Source: Naegleria gruberi
Lineage: Eukaryota
NCBI GenBank assembly: GCA_000004985.1
Contig: GG738859.1
Direction: 5' to 3' (one strand)
DNA length: 64,000 nucleotides
Translations under genes and position numbers: made by a program
Notes under the pieces: generated by a model
Database searches by the model: none
Told to the model about the DNA's origin: nothing
The model's input: only the letters and a program-made list of their open reading frames with translations
In this document: piece by piece, positions 42,023-52,910 of the stretch
Layout of the letters: each line of letters opens with the position of its first letter
How positions within the stretch are numbered: position 1 is the first letter of the stretch

Positions 42023-42135
42023 AATAGTCTAATTCTTATTTCACATCAAATCATTATAACTTGTAATAACAGCACTAGAATAGTGCTAATAATAATAATT
42101 GTGAGTGGAATAAATTAATAATTTATAGAATTATC

Positions 42136-42852
42136 ATGATGATTTACATCAGTGTGTTGTTAACCTCATCGTACTCTATTAAAAGTTTGATGTACAGCAG
42201 CGAGACAATTATTCTCAAACAGAGGATGACAAACCAATTTTGCTCAATCTTTCAAAACAAAATACATCTTAATATACCTTATACACTTGGCATAATGATC
42301 ATTCGTGATTCAACAGGAAGAAAACTACCCAGAAGATCCGAACGTATTCCCATCATTCAAGAGAGAGCAAGAAAGCAACAAGAATTCATGATGGAAATGT
42401 TCAGAAAGACAAAACATTTGTACCGACAATACAGACCCTATCCTTCCGAATTGATTGGTAAAGACAAACAAGTATTTGACACATCCACTGAGAGAAGGGA
42501 TAATATAGTAACTTTTAGAGTTGAGTATGATGAGTCTTTTAATTCAGCTACAGCAATTAATGAATCACTTATTTCGAAGCTTGACATGAATGTAGCTGAA
42601 TTAAGAGAGCTATTCCCTCAAGAAGAATCAGAAGAGACAGAGCCAAATAATGAGTCAACCATCAATGAAGTGGATTCATTCCAAATGCTGAATCAAGACT
42701 CAACAAGAATTCATTCCATTATTGAGTTGGCTCCCAATTCATTCAAGATTATTTATGAGGGAAAGGTTTCTTCGACTGAGGACTGTCTCTCATTCATTCA
42801 ACAAAGTTACGAGGCTTGTTATGATTTGAAAGATAAAATGGTGGATGACTAA
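42136..42852 (+). CDS. hypothetical acidic protein (238 aa); N-terminal ~35 codons dubious (start/intron unresolved)
   Basis: The ORF has the coding-like segment RSERIPIIQERARKQQEFMMEMFRKTKHLYRQYRPYPSELIGKDKQVFD...VEYDESF. The MMIYISVLLTSSYSIK N-terminus looks non-coding or intronic. Confidence 0.3.
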   Translation: MMIYISVLLTSSYSIKSLMYSSETIILKQRMTNQFCSIFQNKIHLNIPYTLGIMIIRDSTGRKLPRRSERIPIIQERARKQQEFMMEMFRKTKHLYRQYRPYPSELIGKDKQVFDTSTERRDNIVTFRVEYDESFNSATAINESLISKLDMNVAELRELFPQEESEETEPNNESTINEVDSFQMLNQDSTRIHSIIELAPNSFKIIYEGKVSSTEDCLSFIQQSYEACYDLKDKMVDD

Positions 42853-43209
42853 ATTTTTTTTAACGCGAACCACAACAATTTTCTTATTCAATGATAGTTG
42901 GAGAAGAGGGGTGAGCTTTTACAACTCAAAATTGTTTTTATGATGAATCAATAACATATTCTAACTTACCTACATTGTCCGAGCTCTTTAATGAGGATTC
43001 AGAATATCTGACCATAATGCACTTGCTGCATTTTGTTTTTTCTTGTTCATTAAGCAATAACAAAGTAAAGATGAGGAAGGAGGAGCTTTCTCAGTAAATC
43101 TTCAAGAAACCTCACTATCCAACCTCGGAGTTAAAATCTTGCCAGCTGGCTCGTTCTAAAAATTAAATAACAGGAAATTTAAATTTTCAATATTTTAAGG
43201 TTAATTTAT

Positions 43210-43884
43210 TTAGTTGAGTTCAGGCTTTTGATTAATGGCGACAACCTTATTTTGATACCACTTTTGCAAAGAACCTCTGTTGTTGATGTGCTTGGCGTGA
43301 ACACCCTTGGAGATGATATCCTTTGAAGCTTGGAGCTTGGCAATTTGTTCAGGAGTGTAGTTAGTGAAACCATACTTTCTAGAAACGAGGACCTTTTGTC
43401 TACCTGGGAACTTGAACTTAGCTCTTCTCAAAGCTTCACAAGCAGTCTTGACGTATTGTTCCTTGGTTCTGATGGAGATCAAGATTTGACCAATATCAAC
43501 TCTGGCAGTGGTACCCAATGGCTTACCGAAGGCACCTCTCATACCAGTTTGGAGACGATCCGCACCGGCACATGACAACATTTTGTTGATTCTGAGAACG
43601 TGATATGGGTGAACTCTGATTCTCAAGTGGAAACCGTCCTTGGTGGCAACCTTCAACATGTACTTGTTGGCAGCAATACGAGCAGCTTCAAGAGCTTCGT
43701 TGGTGATTTGTTCCTTTTCATCAGAGACGAGATGGACACAGTGACCGAAGAGAGTGTAGTCAGCCTTCTTTCTACCGGCATCATAAATTCTGATCTTTGG
43801 ATCAGGGACACCTCTACAGAAACGAGACTTAATGTATGGCTTACCCTTTTGCCATCTGTAACATCTAGCTGGTCTTCTACCCAT
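43210..43884 (-). CDS. RPL10: 60S ribosomal protein L10 (uL16/QM), 224 aa
   Basis: ATG at 43882-43884 ([35 protein letters not shown]...). It is near-identical to eukaryotic RPL10 throughout. Confidence 0.95.
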   Translation of the reverse strand: MGRRPARCYRWQKGKPYIKSRFCRGVPDPKIRIYDAGRKKADYTLFGHCVHLVSDEKEQITNEALEAARIAANKYMLKVATKDGFHLRIRVHPYHVLRINKMLSCAGADRLQTGMRGAFGKPLGTTARVDIGQILISIRTKEQYVKTACEALRRAKFKFPGRQKVLVSRKYGFTNYTPEQIAKLQASKDIISKGVHAKHINNRGSLQKWYQNKVVAINQKPELN

Positions 43885-44349
43885 TTTTACTGTTAATGTA
43901 AGAGAGAACAATTCTCTAATAGTAATACAAACCTTTTGACTATTTTTTTTTCAACAATTTTTTTGGAGTGGATGACTGCAGTCTTTACAATGAAAATTTA
44001 TTGGCAAAAATGCAAGGTTATTTTTACTCTCATCAAATGCAAAGAAGGAATACATTTAGAAAAATATAGGTGAAAAGAAGACATGAGAGTGAGCACTATT
44101 TATTGATCAATAGGACGAAATTCCCAGAGATGAATCTATTAGTACTTCCTCTACATTGTATTACACACTCTGATTGAACGTAAAATTCAAACTTTAACTT
44201 TATTCTAGCTGAGAAGGATTTTTGTTCTTTTGGAATTAGTTGTGATAAATCATATGATGATCATCTACAATTTGATAATTTCGGAATTGTGTTTAAACAA
44301 TTAATTGGATGAGTGAGGAATTGATACGGAAATAATTGTTAAATTTTAA

Positions 44350-45003
44350 TCACTCTTTAACCTCTTGTTTTAATAATAATTGCATAATCATGGACTTGGT
44401 TGAAAATCTCTGAATTGGTCTCAACTCATAACTAGTATTATTAGCACCACCAATAATCATTGAAGTATCCAAATTATTCTCCTCACCAAAAACTTTCCAA
44501 TCCAAATGTTCATCCAAATCAGTCACACTCACATCCTTACAACACAATCTAACATTGAATGTTAATTCTTCACTATTCTCAATTTCTAAAGTGTGTAGCT
44601 CAATGAAGAAATTTCTCATTTGAATATAGAGTTGTGAAAATTCTTCATGACTGAATTTACTGACATCACTACTCGGTTGATTTAAAAACTTGAATTGAAA
44701 TATAAATTCTTTCAATAACAACGATTGATTTTTTGTTAGAATTTGAAAGAGAATCTTTTCAATCTTTCCCTGTTCCAAATACATTTTCAGAGACATGACA
44801 CATTCTCTAATATAATTCCTAACAAGTTTCGATTCACAAATAAAACATTGTTGATGTAAATAATCAGTCTTGTACTTTTTAAAGAATTTTTTCGGATAGA
44901 TTGAATAAACGTAGAGAATGGTATGGAAAATACTCTCCAAAAATTCAATCACAACCAGTATCAAATCTACATCCTGTGGTGTAATGTTATCACTTTTAAG
45001 CAT
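44350..45003 (-). CDS. REV7: HORMA-domain protein REV7/MAD2L2 (DNA polymerase zeta / shieldin accessory subunit), 217 aa
   Basis: ATG at 45001-45003. It aligns with human REV7 (DVDLILVVIEFLESIFHTILYVYSIYPKKFFKKYKTDYLHQQCFICESKLVRNYIRECVMSLKMYLEQGKIEKILFQILTKN versus [79 protein letters not shown]). Confidence 0.7.
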   Translation of the reverse strand: MLKSDNITPQDVDLILVVIEFLESIFHTILYVYSIYPKKFFKKYKTDYLHQQCFICESKLVRNYIRECVMSLKMYLEQGKIEKILFQILTKNQSLLLKEFIFQFKFLNQPSSDVSKFSHEEFSQLYIQMRNFFIELHTLEIENSEELTFNVRLCCKDVSVTDLDEHLDWKVFGEENNLDTSMIIGGANNTSYELRPIQRFSTKSMIMQLLLKQEVKE

Positions 45004-45083
45004 TTTTTTCAATACAATTTTTGTAATTCAAGTAGTTGCTAGATCGGTGTTATTCGAAAAAGAATATTTAGCAAAATGATTTA

Positions 45084-46739
45084 TTAATCAACAGTTGGCT
45101 TTGGAGTGTAACTCAAATTGGTAATCATTAACATGTCCAAAATACCCTTGAGTTGACATAATTTTTCTTGTGCTTGAATTTCTTGATTAATCTTCTTTCT
45201 CAAAGTTCTCAAAAGATTATCAACCTTTTCACTCAACCCCACAACTTGGCCATAATGTTTAAGAACAATTTGTGTGAAAGGAATGAGGGAGGTGGAAAAT
45301 CTAGGATCTCTAATGTGCATATTGATAAATTGTAAAACATTGGACAAACGTGTTTCATCCATAGCATTGATAGCATTCAAGGTTTCATTTCTAACTTCCA
45401 ATTCGGCAATCAAACTCATAACAATGACAGGTTGCTCCTTAAACTTGGTAACGGCCTTTTGCAAAGCAAGTTTGTAATTATATTTGGAGAGTTGAGACTT
45501 GAAGTGTAATAAATTTACAGATCTTTTTCCTGGTAAGAATATTTCTTCTTGCATTTCGAAAATTTGATTTAACAAGGCACTATTGACAAAGTTCTTATAG
45601 TTTTCCTTTGTCATTTCTTCTCTATAAATATCAGCTCTTAAAACTTTTCTATCAATTCTTTGAGATTTCAAAACTCTAGCAGGTCCATTCAATCCCAAAA
45701 CAATTTGTCTTTCATCTCTTGAAATGGCATTGGCCATAACTGGTCCATCAAATGAAATGTTGTGAATTTGATTATAATTTTCATCAATCTTGAAGAAACA
45801 TGTTAAATTATCCAAACCACTGGTCATTAAATAATTTCCACCACCTGATGCAAGTGAAAGGGATGTAATTGTTTTCTGGTGAGATCCATGCATGGTTAAC
45901 ATTTCCCTTCTTTGTAAAAGATCCCAAACTTTAAAGTAATTTCCACCACAACTGTACATGATTGGAGCAGTTGGATGTTTAACAACACACTCAACTGGAG
46001 CACCATGATCGAATTGCATGACACAAGCACTATTATCTGATTCTCTTACATCCCAAACCTTAATGAGATGGTCGTAAGCACCTGTTGCAAATAAATCTGG
46101 TGAAGAAGAAATATCATTGCTGCTTTCAGTTCCATTACTAAAGATACATCCTGCCTTGATGTAATCAGAGTGTCTTGAAAACTCTCTGACCTTCTTTCCT
46201 GAAATAATGTTAAATAATCTAGCAACACCATCATCACTACCTGCTAAAATATTGTCAGAATGTTGTTGAGAGAGGAATCTAGTTAATTGTATAGCTGTAT
46301 AATCATGTTCATTCTTTGAGCTTGTGAAAATAATTTTAATTGGTTGGTTCAATCTTTGTGCTGTCAATTCCTTGTCATAGGATTGAAAAAGTTTAACAAC
46401 ACCACTATTAGTACCAACTGCAAACAATAAACCATCTCCTGGTCTATAACTTGCACTATATAATTGAGAATCTCTTTGAAATTTAGTATATCGAATAATC
46501 TTTTTATATTCTTCATCAACTATTTGTACGGAATTTTTATGTGTGATGAGGAATTGTCGATTCCTTGTCGGATGAAATTCTATATGATTAACTAATCCAA
46601 AGTTCGAGCTATCAACAGGTGAGAACTCTGTAAAATTCTTCATTACATAGTTTTCATTTTGTGTTGTGTAGTTTCTGAGTCCATGACTCTCGTCCAATTC
46701 AATATTGGTTTGTTGTCGTGAAACTTTTTGAAGGAACAT
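45084..46739 (-). CDS. UTP15: U3 snoRNP / SSU processome protein UTP15 (WD40 + UTP15 C-terminal domain), 551 aa
   Basis: ATG at 46737-46739. The N-terminus has WD40 repeats, and the C-terminal domain matches UTP15 (VLQFINMHIRDPRFSTSLIPFTQIVLKHY versus human [29 protein letters not shown]). Confidence 0.8.
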   Translation of the reverse strand: MFLQKVSRQQTNIELDESHGLRNYTTQNENYVMKNFTEFSPVDSSNFGLVNHIEFHPTRNRQFLITHKNSVQIVDEEYKKIIRYTKFQRDSQLYSASYRPGDGLLFAVGTNSGVVKLFQSYDKELTAQRLNQPIKIIFTSSKNEHDYTAIQLTRFLSQQHSDNILAGSDDGVARLFNIISGKKVREFSRHSDYIKAGCIFSNGTESSNDISSSPDLFATGAYDHLIKVWDVRESDNSACVMQFDHGAPVECVVKHPTAPIMYSCGGNYFKVWDLLQRREMLTMHGSHQKTITSLSLASGGGNYLMTSGLDNLTCFFKIDENYNQIHNISFDGPVMANAISRDERQIVLGLNGPARVLKSQRIDRKVLRADIYREEMTKENYKNFVNSALLNQIFEMQEEIFLPGKRSVNLLHFKSQLSKYNYKLALQKAVTKFKEQPVIVMSLIAELEVRNETLNAINAMDETRLSNVLQFINMHIRDPRFSTSLIPFTQIVLKHYGQVVGLSEKVDNLLRTLRKKINQEIQAQEKLCQLKGILDMLMITNLSYTPKPTVD

Positions 46740-47278
46740 TTTTTTTTCAATTTTTGCAAGCTTTGAAATTTAATTTCTTCAACATTTTGAATGCATAATA
46801 CTATTGTTGGTTTGGCATGACTATGAATTTAAAAACAATTGTTCTTTCACCATCCTGGATTCAAATCATAATTATTTAATAATTAAATAATTTAATAGTT
46901 TGTAATTATTCAAAGCTATTCCTTCTTTAAATTGTTTTATTGCAGATGACCAGTTTCTCTCCTGATGAGCAGAGATATTATAATATTGGTTATCATTCTT
47001 GAAAAACAAGTTCGGAGATTAACAGACGATGACACTTACTATTCCTCAAAACAGAACAAAAAAAACGTTTTAAAATCATAAGCGTTTTCAAAGAGAGGAG
47101 AGATTAATTGGATATTTGCTCAGCATTTTGCCAACTAACGAGGCAAGAGCAAAGATTGTAAATAGTGGAGTGTGTTCTTATCTAGAGAGAATATTTTGGA
47201 AACAGCAGTGTTGTTTGTTAATCTACAATTTTGGAAAGATAATTTATATCAAAAAACAATTTGGATTTTATATTAAGG
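46740..47278. promoter_or_regulatory. 539-bp divergent intergenic region between UTP15 and the S/T-rich gene
   Basis: It is AT-rich and has no ORF. Both flanking starts sit in A-rich contexts. Confidence 0.3.
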
Positions 47279-49098
47279 ATGAGTGAGGATATTAATAATA
47301 GCTGTCTAGATGATACTAACAAAGCAAACAAATCGGGGTTTTTTGTGAGAAAGTATAGATTTTTGGATAATAGTTCAACTAATTCACCTCCTCATCAACA
47401 ACGATTGTCAACCTCTTTCAATGACTCTCTTTTATCTACCAATGAAAAGAGCTTGGTGGCCCTTTCAATCGAGAGTAGTATTTCGGAATGCATTCCAAAG
47501 AGTGAAGAAAACTCATCCGAGAGTGAATCATCATCAACAATGGAACCTCAATCCACTACATCACCTCAACAACAACCAACACCACCTAGAAAGACAGAGA
47601 TACCGAAATTAAAAGGTTTTCCAGCATCGGTTTTTAAACCTAGCCCAGCAAATCATCAACCTCATCATCATTTTAATTCTGCACGGGTTCAATCAGCCTC
47701 AAGTCGATCGAGTTATGCCTCAAAAGCCAATTCAAATCCCTCAACATATTTTAGCTCACTGGGGACAGCGAGAAATAATACAGAATCAAAAGCCTCTACA
47801 ACTACTGCACCCTACCCTAACAATACATCCAAACAAAGTGATCGATCCCTCGAGAGTTCACTATCTTCCACCACCTTTCAGTTTCATTCTGGGAAAAATC
47901 AGAGCCCTCCTAAAAAACCTCAATCTGCCACCACCTCGGGAAGAAAGAGTTTTAATACTGTTCAAGTTTCTTGGAAGGATGCAAGACAAACATTGAGAAA
48001 TAGTTTCAGTGCCTCCTACAACACCCCTAGGTCAACAAAGAAGTATAATAGCTTCATATCGGAGGAACCACAAGATTGTACTTATGATTCGTTCATGAGT
48101 ACGCCAAAACAAGCCACAACCATTTGTGGATCGGATTGTGATTCCTCAACAAATAGTATAGTAACAGCGAGCCCAATACCAAACATTCCTTCATATGATG
48201 ATGTTGTAAATCATATAGAGCTTGAGAATGACCTGCAGAGTGTTGAATCCTATCAGACGGGGACAACACTCAAAGAGGGAGTTTACTGGGATCAGTCAGA
48301 TTTATTGCTGAGGACTGGAATAATGGTGAGAGAACCACAGATGTCACCAAACTCTGAATACTTGTTAAATAGTACATACATGAAACTCAAAATGACTTCA
48401 CCAAGAGTTTACGAAGCTTTGGTGAAACAGATTGAAATCGAAGGACCTACAGAGAGGCTACCAAACAGTCCCATTGTGAAAGAAGTGGAGAAATTCTTTT
48501 ATCAAAAGTAAGTAGTAATTATCAATAACTTGAATCGTTAAATATTGAACCATTACTACTACTCAGAGAACAACCAAAAAAACAACTCGTTTATCCTCTT
48601 CTTCCACCTGTACAAGCAACTATTCCTGCTACCCCATCTTTTGAGAAACCTGGAGGTAAGGAAAGGAGAGAATCTAAAATGAGGCTCAGAGTGGAGAAGG
48701 AACTACTCAGATCCCAGCAAATGAATGAATTTAGAAACAAACAACGAATGCTATACAAGGAAGACTTGGAAATTTCTCGAGAACAAGAAATTGCCCAAAA
48801 CGAAATGTTTAAAAAACAAAAACTAAGGGATTTGAAGAAAAAGATGTCTGGATCACCCTTTCTCATTGATATGGAAGCTCATGCAAAAAAGACAGAGAAG
48901 GAAATAAAGAGAGCAGCTAAAATCAAGGAGAAACTAAGAGTGATGGAAAATAAGAAGAAGGAAGATTTACGAAAGTGTGAACTCATTGAACGAATAATAG
49001 AGAAGACCAAGGAGGACATTCACACCACTAGGAGAAATCTTATTGAGCACGAGAGGGAAATGAAAGTTATTATGAGTAGTACGAGATTAAACAAATGA
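47279..49098 (+). CDS. hypothetical S/T/P-rich protein with C-terminal K/E-rich coiled-coil; 2 exons, ~592 aa
   Basis: Exon 1 is 47279-48507 (ATG at 47279; the ORF-track start is a TTG), with a GTAAGT donor. A 59-nt intron follows, and exon 2 is 48567-49098 (phase 2/1 join gives ...FFYQK/EQPKK...). The C-terminus has the heptad RLRVEKELLRSQQMNEFRNKQRMLYKEDLEISREQEIAQNEMFKKQKLRDLKKK. Confidence 0.5.
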
Positions 49099-49122
49099 TT
49101 AGCTTGCATTCAATTAAAAAAA

Positions 49123-49533
49123 ATGGAAATTCGTTCCTTATATTGCTCTCTCTTAATGGACAAGAGAAGTACTGGTCATTTCAAGAAACCAAACTCTTCT
49201 GATCTAATTCGAAAATGTTTAAAAATTGGAAAGGAATGTGGTTTGAACATTGAGATATTGCCATCCAATGAAAGAGTACACAATCATTTGAGTGGAATGA
49301 TATCCAACCGTTTCTCCCTAAAATCCATTCTAACAATTAGAGTTTTAAATGGAAATTCCTATTCACACTTTTATAAGGCACTGCTGAAACAATTCAAAGG
49401 GTTGAAGGTTATGGTTGTGTTTGATGTGAAGAATTTGAAACTCTTGCAGGAGTTTGTCTCTTGCAATAATAGCAGTGTAAAATATTGTGGATTTGCTTCT
49501 ATCACAAATAATTCAAATCGAATAGATGAATAA
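49123..49533 (+). CDS. hypothetical protein, 136 aa
   Basis: ATG after an A7 run. The ORF is non-repetitive with no match I can name. Confidence 0.3.
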   Translation: MEIRSLYCSLLMDKRSTGHFKKPNSSDLIRKCLKIGKECGLNIEILPSNERVHNHLSGMISNRFSLKSILTIRVLNGNSYSHFYKALLKQFKGLKVMVVFDVKNLKLLQEFVSCNNSSVKYCGFASITNNSNRIDE

Positions 49534-49628
49534 ATAAGATTAATAGATCTCTATTATTTTAACTGAAATAGTTCTTAATATTTCATTGAGAATTTAGTTA
49601 TTCTATAACTATTATTGAGAATAAATTA

Positions 49629-50102
49629 TTATTGAGATAATTTATTCTTGATATCAGCTTTCCATTCATTGAGCATTTCTTCAGAATTTCCTTCAGCTTG
49701 ATCACCTTCTCTACATTCAACAAATGGACTCTTAATGGCACTCAATAACGTTTTGACATTTCTTGAAGCTTGTTGATAAGTTTCAGCATAATTTGAATTT
49801 CCATTTCCGAGAATTGAATATTCAAAATTTTCATGATTAAACAATTTACTAGCTGATGCACCAGTCATCCAATAGTGAAAATCAGTCATGGCATCTGGTG
49901 GTGATCCTTCAATTGATGTGCTAATAATGAAGAGGAACAAACTCTTCTTCTCCAATTTTTCATCATTTAAATACTTTTCAAAATTTTCGATAGAATCCAC
50001 AACACTTGATGATAATTGATCATTCAATTCAGTGGCCAAATATTCCGAAGTACCTGATTGTGAAGCATAGAGAATGTAAATAGTGTCAATATTTTGCGCC
50101 AT
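49629..50102 (-). CDS. stand-alone flavodoxin-like (FMN-binding) protein, ~157 aa
   Basis: The preferred ATG is at 50100-50102, which has an A7ATG context; an upstream in-frame ATG lies at 50123. The flavodoxin signatures are IYILYASQSGTSEYLATEL (phosphate-binding T/SxTGxT-like), FIISTSIEGSPPDAM and ILGNGNSNY. Confidence 0.6.
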   Translation of the reverse strand: MAQNIDTIYILYASQSGTSEYLATELNDQLSSSVVDSIENFEKYLNDEKLEKKSLFLFIISTSIEGSPPDAMTDFHYWMTGASASKLFNHENFEYSILGNGNSNYAETYQQASRNVKTLLSAIKSPFVECREGDQAEGNSEEMLNEWKADIKNKLSQ

Positions 50103-50294
50103 TTTTTTCAAGTTGACTTCCATTGGATTCTTATTCCAACACTATAAAGATTCTTTCAATTTTGAATTTTCTTATTACATACGTTTATCATTATTTCGAT
50201 TAATCTCTTCAATTAATAACAAGTTTTCTTTTCCGATAATTTTCTCAAACTCTGATGAAAAGAAAATCTTGATGAAAAAATCATTTTCAAAAAA

Positions 50295-52901
50295 ATGGAA
50301 AAGAATTGGAGTGAAACTTCGCTCGAGGATGGGCAGAATATAATACCATCGGATCAAGATATTCGGGTGGTGGAGAATTATTTTCAAAATGATAATAGTG
50401 CTGGTGAAGGAGCTAATCTTGTTGTTGGAGGTGCTGGAGAAGATAATAATTTGGAAATTACAAATCAGCAACAACATCATCATCATGTGATCAATCCGGG
50501 AACAACAATAACACCACCAACCTATTCAAATTTACAACATTATTTATTTCTATCACTTCCATTATGTAGTATTCAATTAAATAATTTACCAGATAATTTC
50601 GGAGGTATTTCACCAGTTACACAAAGTTTTACTAGTTCTTCCTCAGAATTTGAACAGAATAGACTCACTTTTAATGATGCTAATAGGGAAGTTGCAATTT
50701 ATAATAGCAAAAAGTTCATGTTATTTCCATTGATGAAGGGTGATATTATTACAAAAAGGTAGAGTACATTAATTTTGTAATGATTAATAATTTCTCAAGA
50801 CTTCCAACACTAGTTGACTTGAAGGGATTAATGCCAACTGCTGCAAAATCATCGAGTAAGAGAACCTTCTTTGCCATGCTGTATGAACAGAGAAGATTGG
50901 TCATATTTTCAGTTATTTCATCAGATTCTTCTAAACCACATAGCGCAGAATATTTCACTCACTTTGATTTGATGGAGAAAAAAACTAGACCAAATATTAT
51001 TTTGGATTTTCATTGGATTTCAGATTCTTATTTATTAGTTGTGTCGACATACTCAATTGATTTTATTAGTGTATGTATTTTAGTGATTGAAATATTGGAT
51101 TGATTTATAATTTGGAATTATTGGAAATAGGTTAAGGAAAAACACAAACCTGTAAAGACCTTGAAATCAATTTATGAGAATATTCGGTTCTGTAAATTCT
51201 CGCCAATTGATAACTTGTTGGTATTAGCTTTGGAGGGTAAAAATACAGCTCTCTATCCTTACATTATTACTCCAAGTGGCCAAATGAACAAATTGACAAA
51301 AGTTGAGCTAACAGAACTCAATATCGGAGATCATAAACCAATCAAGAGCTCTGAAACTTTCCTCGTTTCAATGTATGTAGTATAATTTGAGATGAATCAT
51401 TTTTGACATTCTATTTCAATACAACAGGTATGGTCGTTGCTGTCTCGTTTGCATATGCTCAGCCAATCATGAAATGCATATCTTCAAGTACAAGCCACAA
51501 AATGTTCAAGCTTTTGTACAACAAAGAATTTTCAATTTATTCTCTGGATCAAACATTGCATTGAATGTTGTTGATTCTCTCTTAATTGTTCACAACTTGG
51601 ATGATAAAACCTCAACTGCCTATGATGTTTTCACAAAACAAGATTACCCAGTCTCTCCTCCTCTTTCCATTTCTCCACATTATACTGTTAAGGATACACT
51701 GACACAGGCTGATATGCAAGTTGATGCTACTGATAGATTATGTAAGTATACGATTGGATTTATTTCCATATTGAGTCACTTTTGTAATTATATTATTAAT
51801 TTAACATTATGTTGAAATAGACAAATCCGATTCTTGGACCTACTGGTATCCAAATTATATCCTCGATAAGGAATTGGGTTATGTTTTCGAGCTTAAACTT
51901 TCCATCTCTCACATGCCAATCAATATGAGAAATAGAAAGGATTCTATAAAATTCCTATTCAGAAGAGTTAACAGTAAGGCTTTGCTCTTGACAACACTGA
52001 GAACTTTTATTGAATCTAAGAGTGAGGAGTTGAAGACTATATCAGAAATTTTAGAACTTGTTAACAAGTATTATTGGAATCAATTAGTTAAACTTGAAAC
52101 TGAAAAACAGGAAAAGTTTAGTGAAAAATTGAAACGTCTTTCCGTATTTACCAAACCTAAAGCTTTGGAATTTGTAGATATTAACATGCTCACAGAAATT
52201 GAAGAAGGTGATGAAATGCAAGAAACACAAATTAATACCATTGGTTATCCAATAATTATGCAATCAGACATGTACAAATTTGTATTTGTTCCAATTGATG
52301 AAGCAGGATCTCTATCTACCATAGAGCTAGTCTCAGTTTTGGTTGAATATGTCAGAGGACTGAAGAAGAGTAATGTGCCAGTTCACAATTTTATTCAAAA
52401 GTTGCTCATTGAACTGCTGGTGAAGGATAATAATTTTTCAATGTTGCATCAATTGATCCAATTCAAGGTCATTGGCGATAGTCAATTGACTGCATTGCAA
52501 ATGTTGCACATTTCCGAAAAGTATCCTCCAGCTTATCAAATTTCCCTTGATATTCTAAAGAGATTGAATGATTATGATTTGTTGTGTGAAGTTCTCCTTT
52601 CAAGGAAGGATGTTTCCAGAGTTTTAGAATTAATGATGGAAAATAGTGAAAAGCATCCATTCAAAATTTCCTACGCTCAAGTATTTGAAGCTGGTAAGTA
52701 GTGTTAAATAATAATTCAATAATTAATTTCACACAATTCAATACAGCTGTCTCCCAAAATAATCCAACTCTTTTCTATACCACTTATGAAATTTTGCAAA
52801 GAATTAACTTGAAACAAAGAAAAACCCTCCTCTTCTCACCTGAAGACAAATGCAAAGAGTATGATGATCTCTACGCTAAACTATTTGTCAATGTAAAATA
52901 A
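50295..52901 (+). CDS. RMC1: RMC1/Mic1-domain protein (regulator of MON1-CCZ1, C18orf8 homolog); 6 exons, ~761 aa
   Basis: Exons are 50295-50739, 50814-51070, 51131-51372, 51428-51741, 51821-52693 and 52747-52901, with 53-79-nt introns (GTGATA, GTATGT, GTATGT, GTAAGT and GTAAGT donors) and consistent phases. Strong matches to human RMC1 are HIFKYKPQNVQAFVQQRIFNLFSGSNIALNVVDSLLIVHNLDDKTS (HILKLNRTGKFALNVVDNLVVVHHQDTETS) and VLVEYVRGL...MLHQLIQFKVIGDSQLTALQMLHISEKYPPAYQISLDILKRL (MLHQFLQYHVLSDSKPLACLLLSLESFYPPAHQLSLDMLKRL). Confidence 0.8.
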
Positions 52902-52910
52902 AACTACTAT

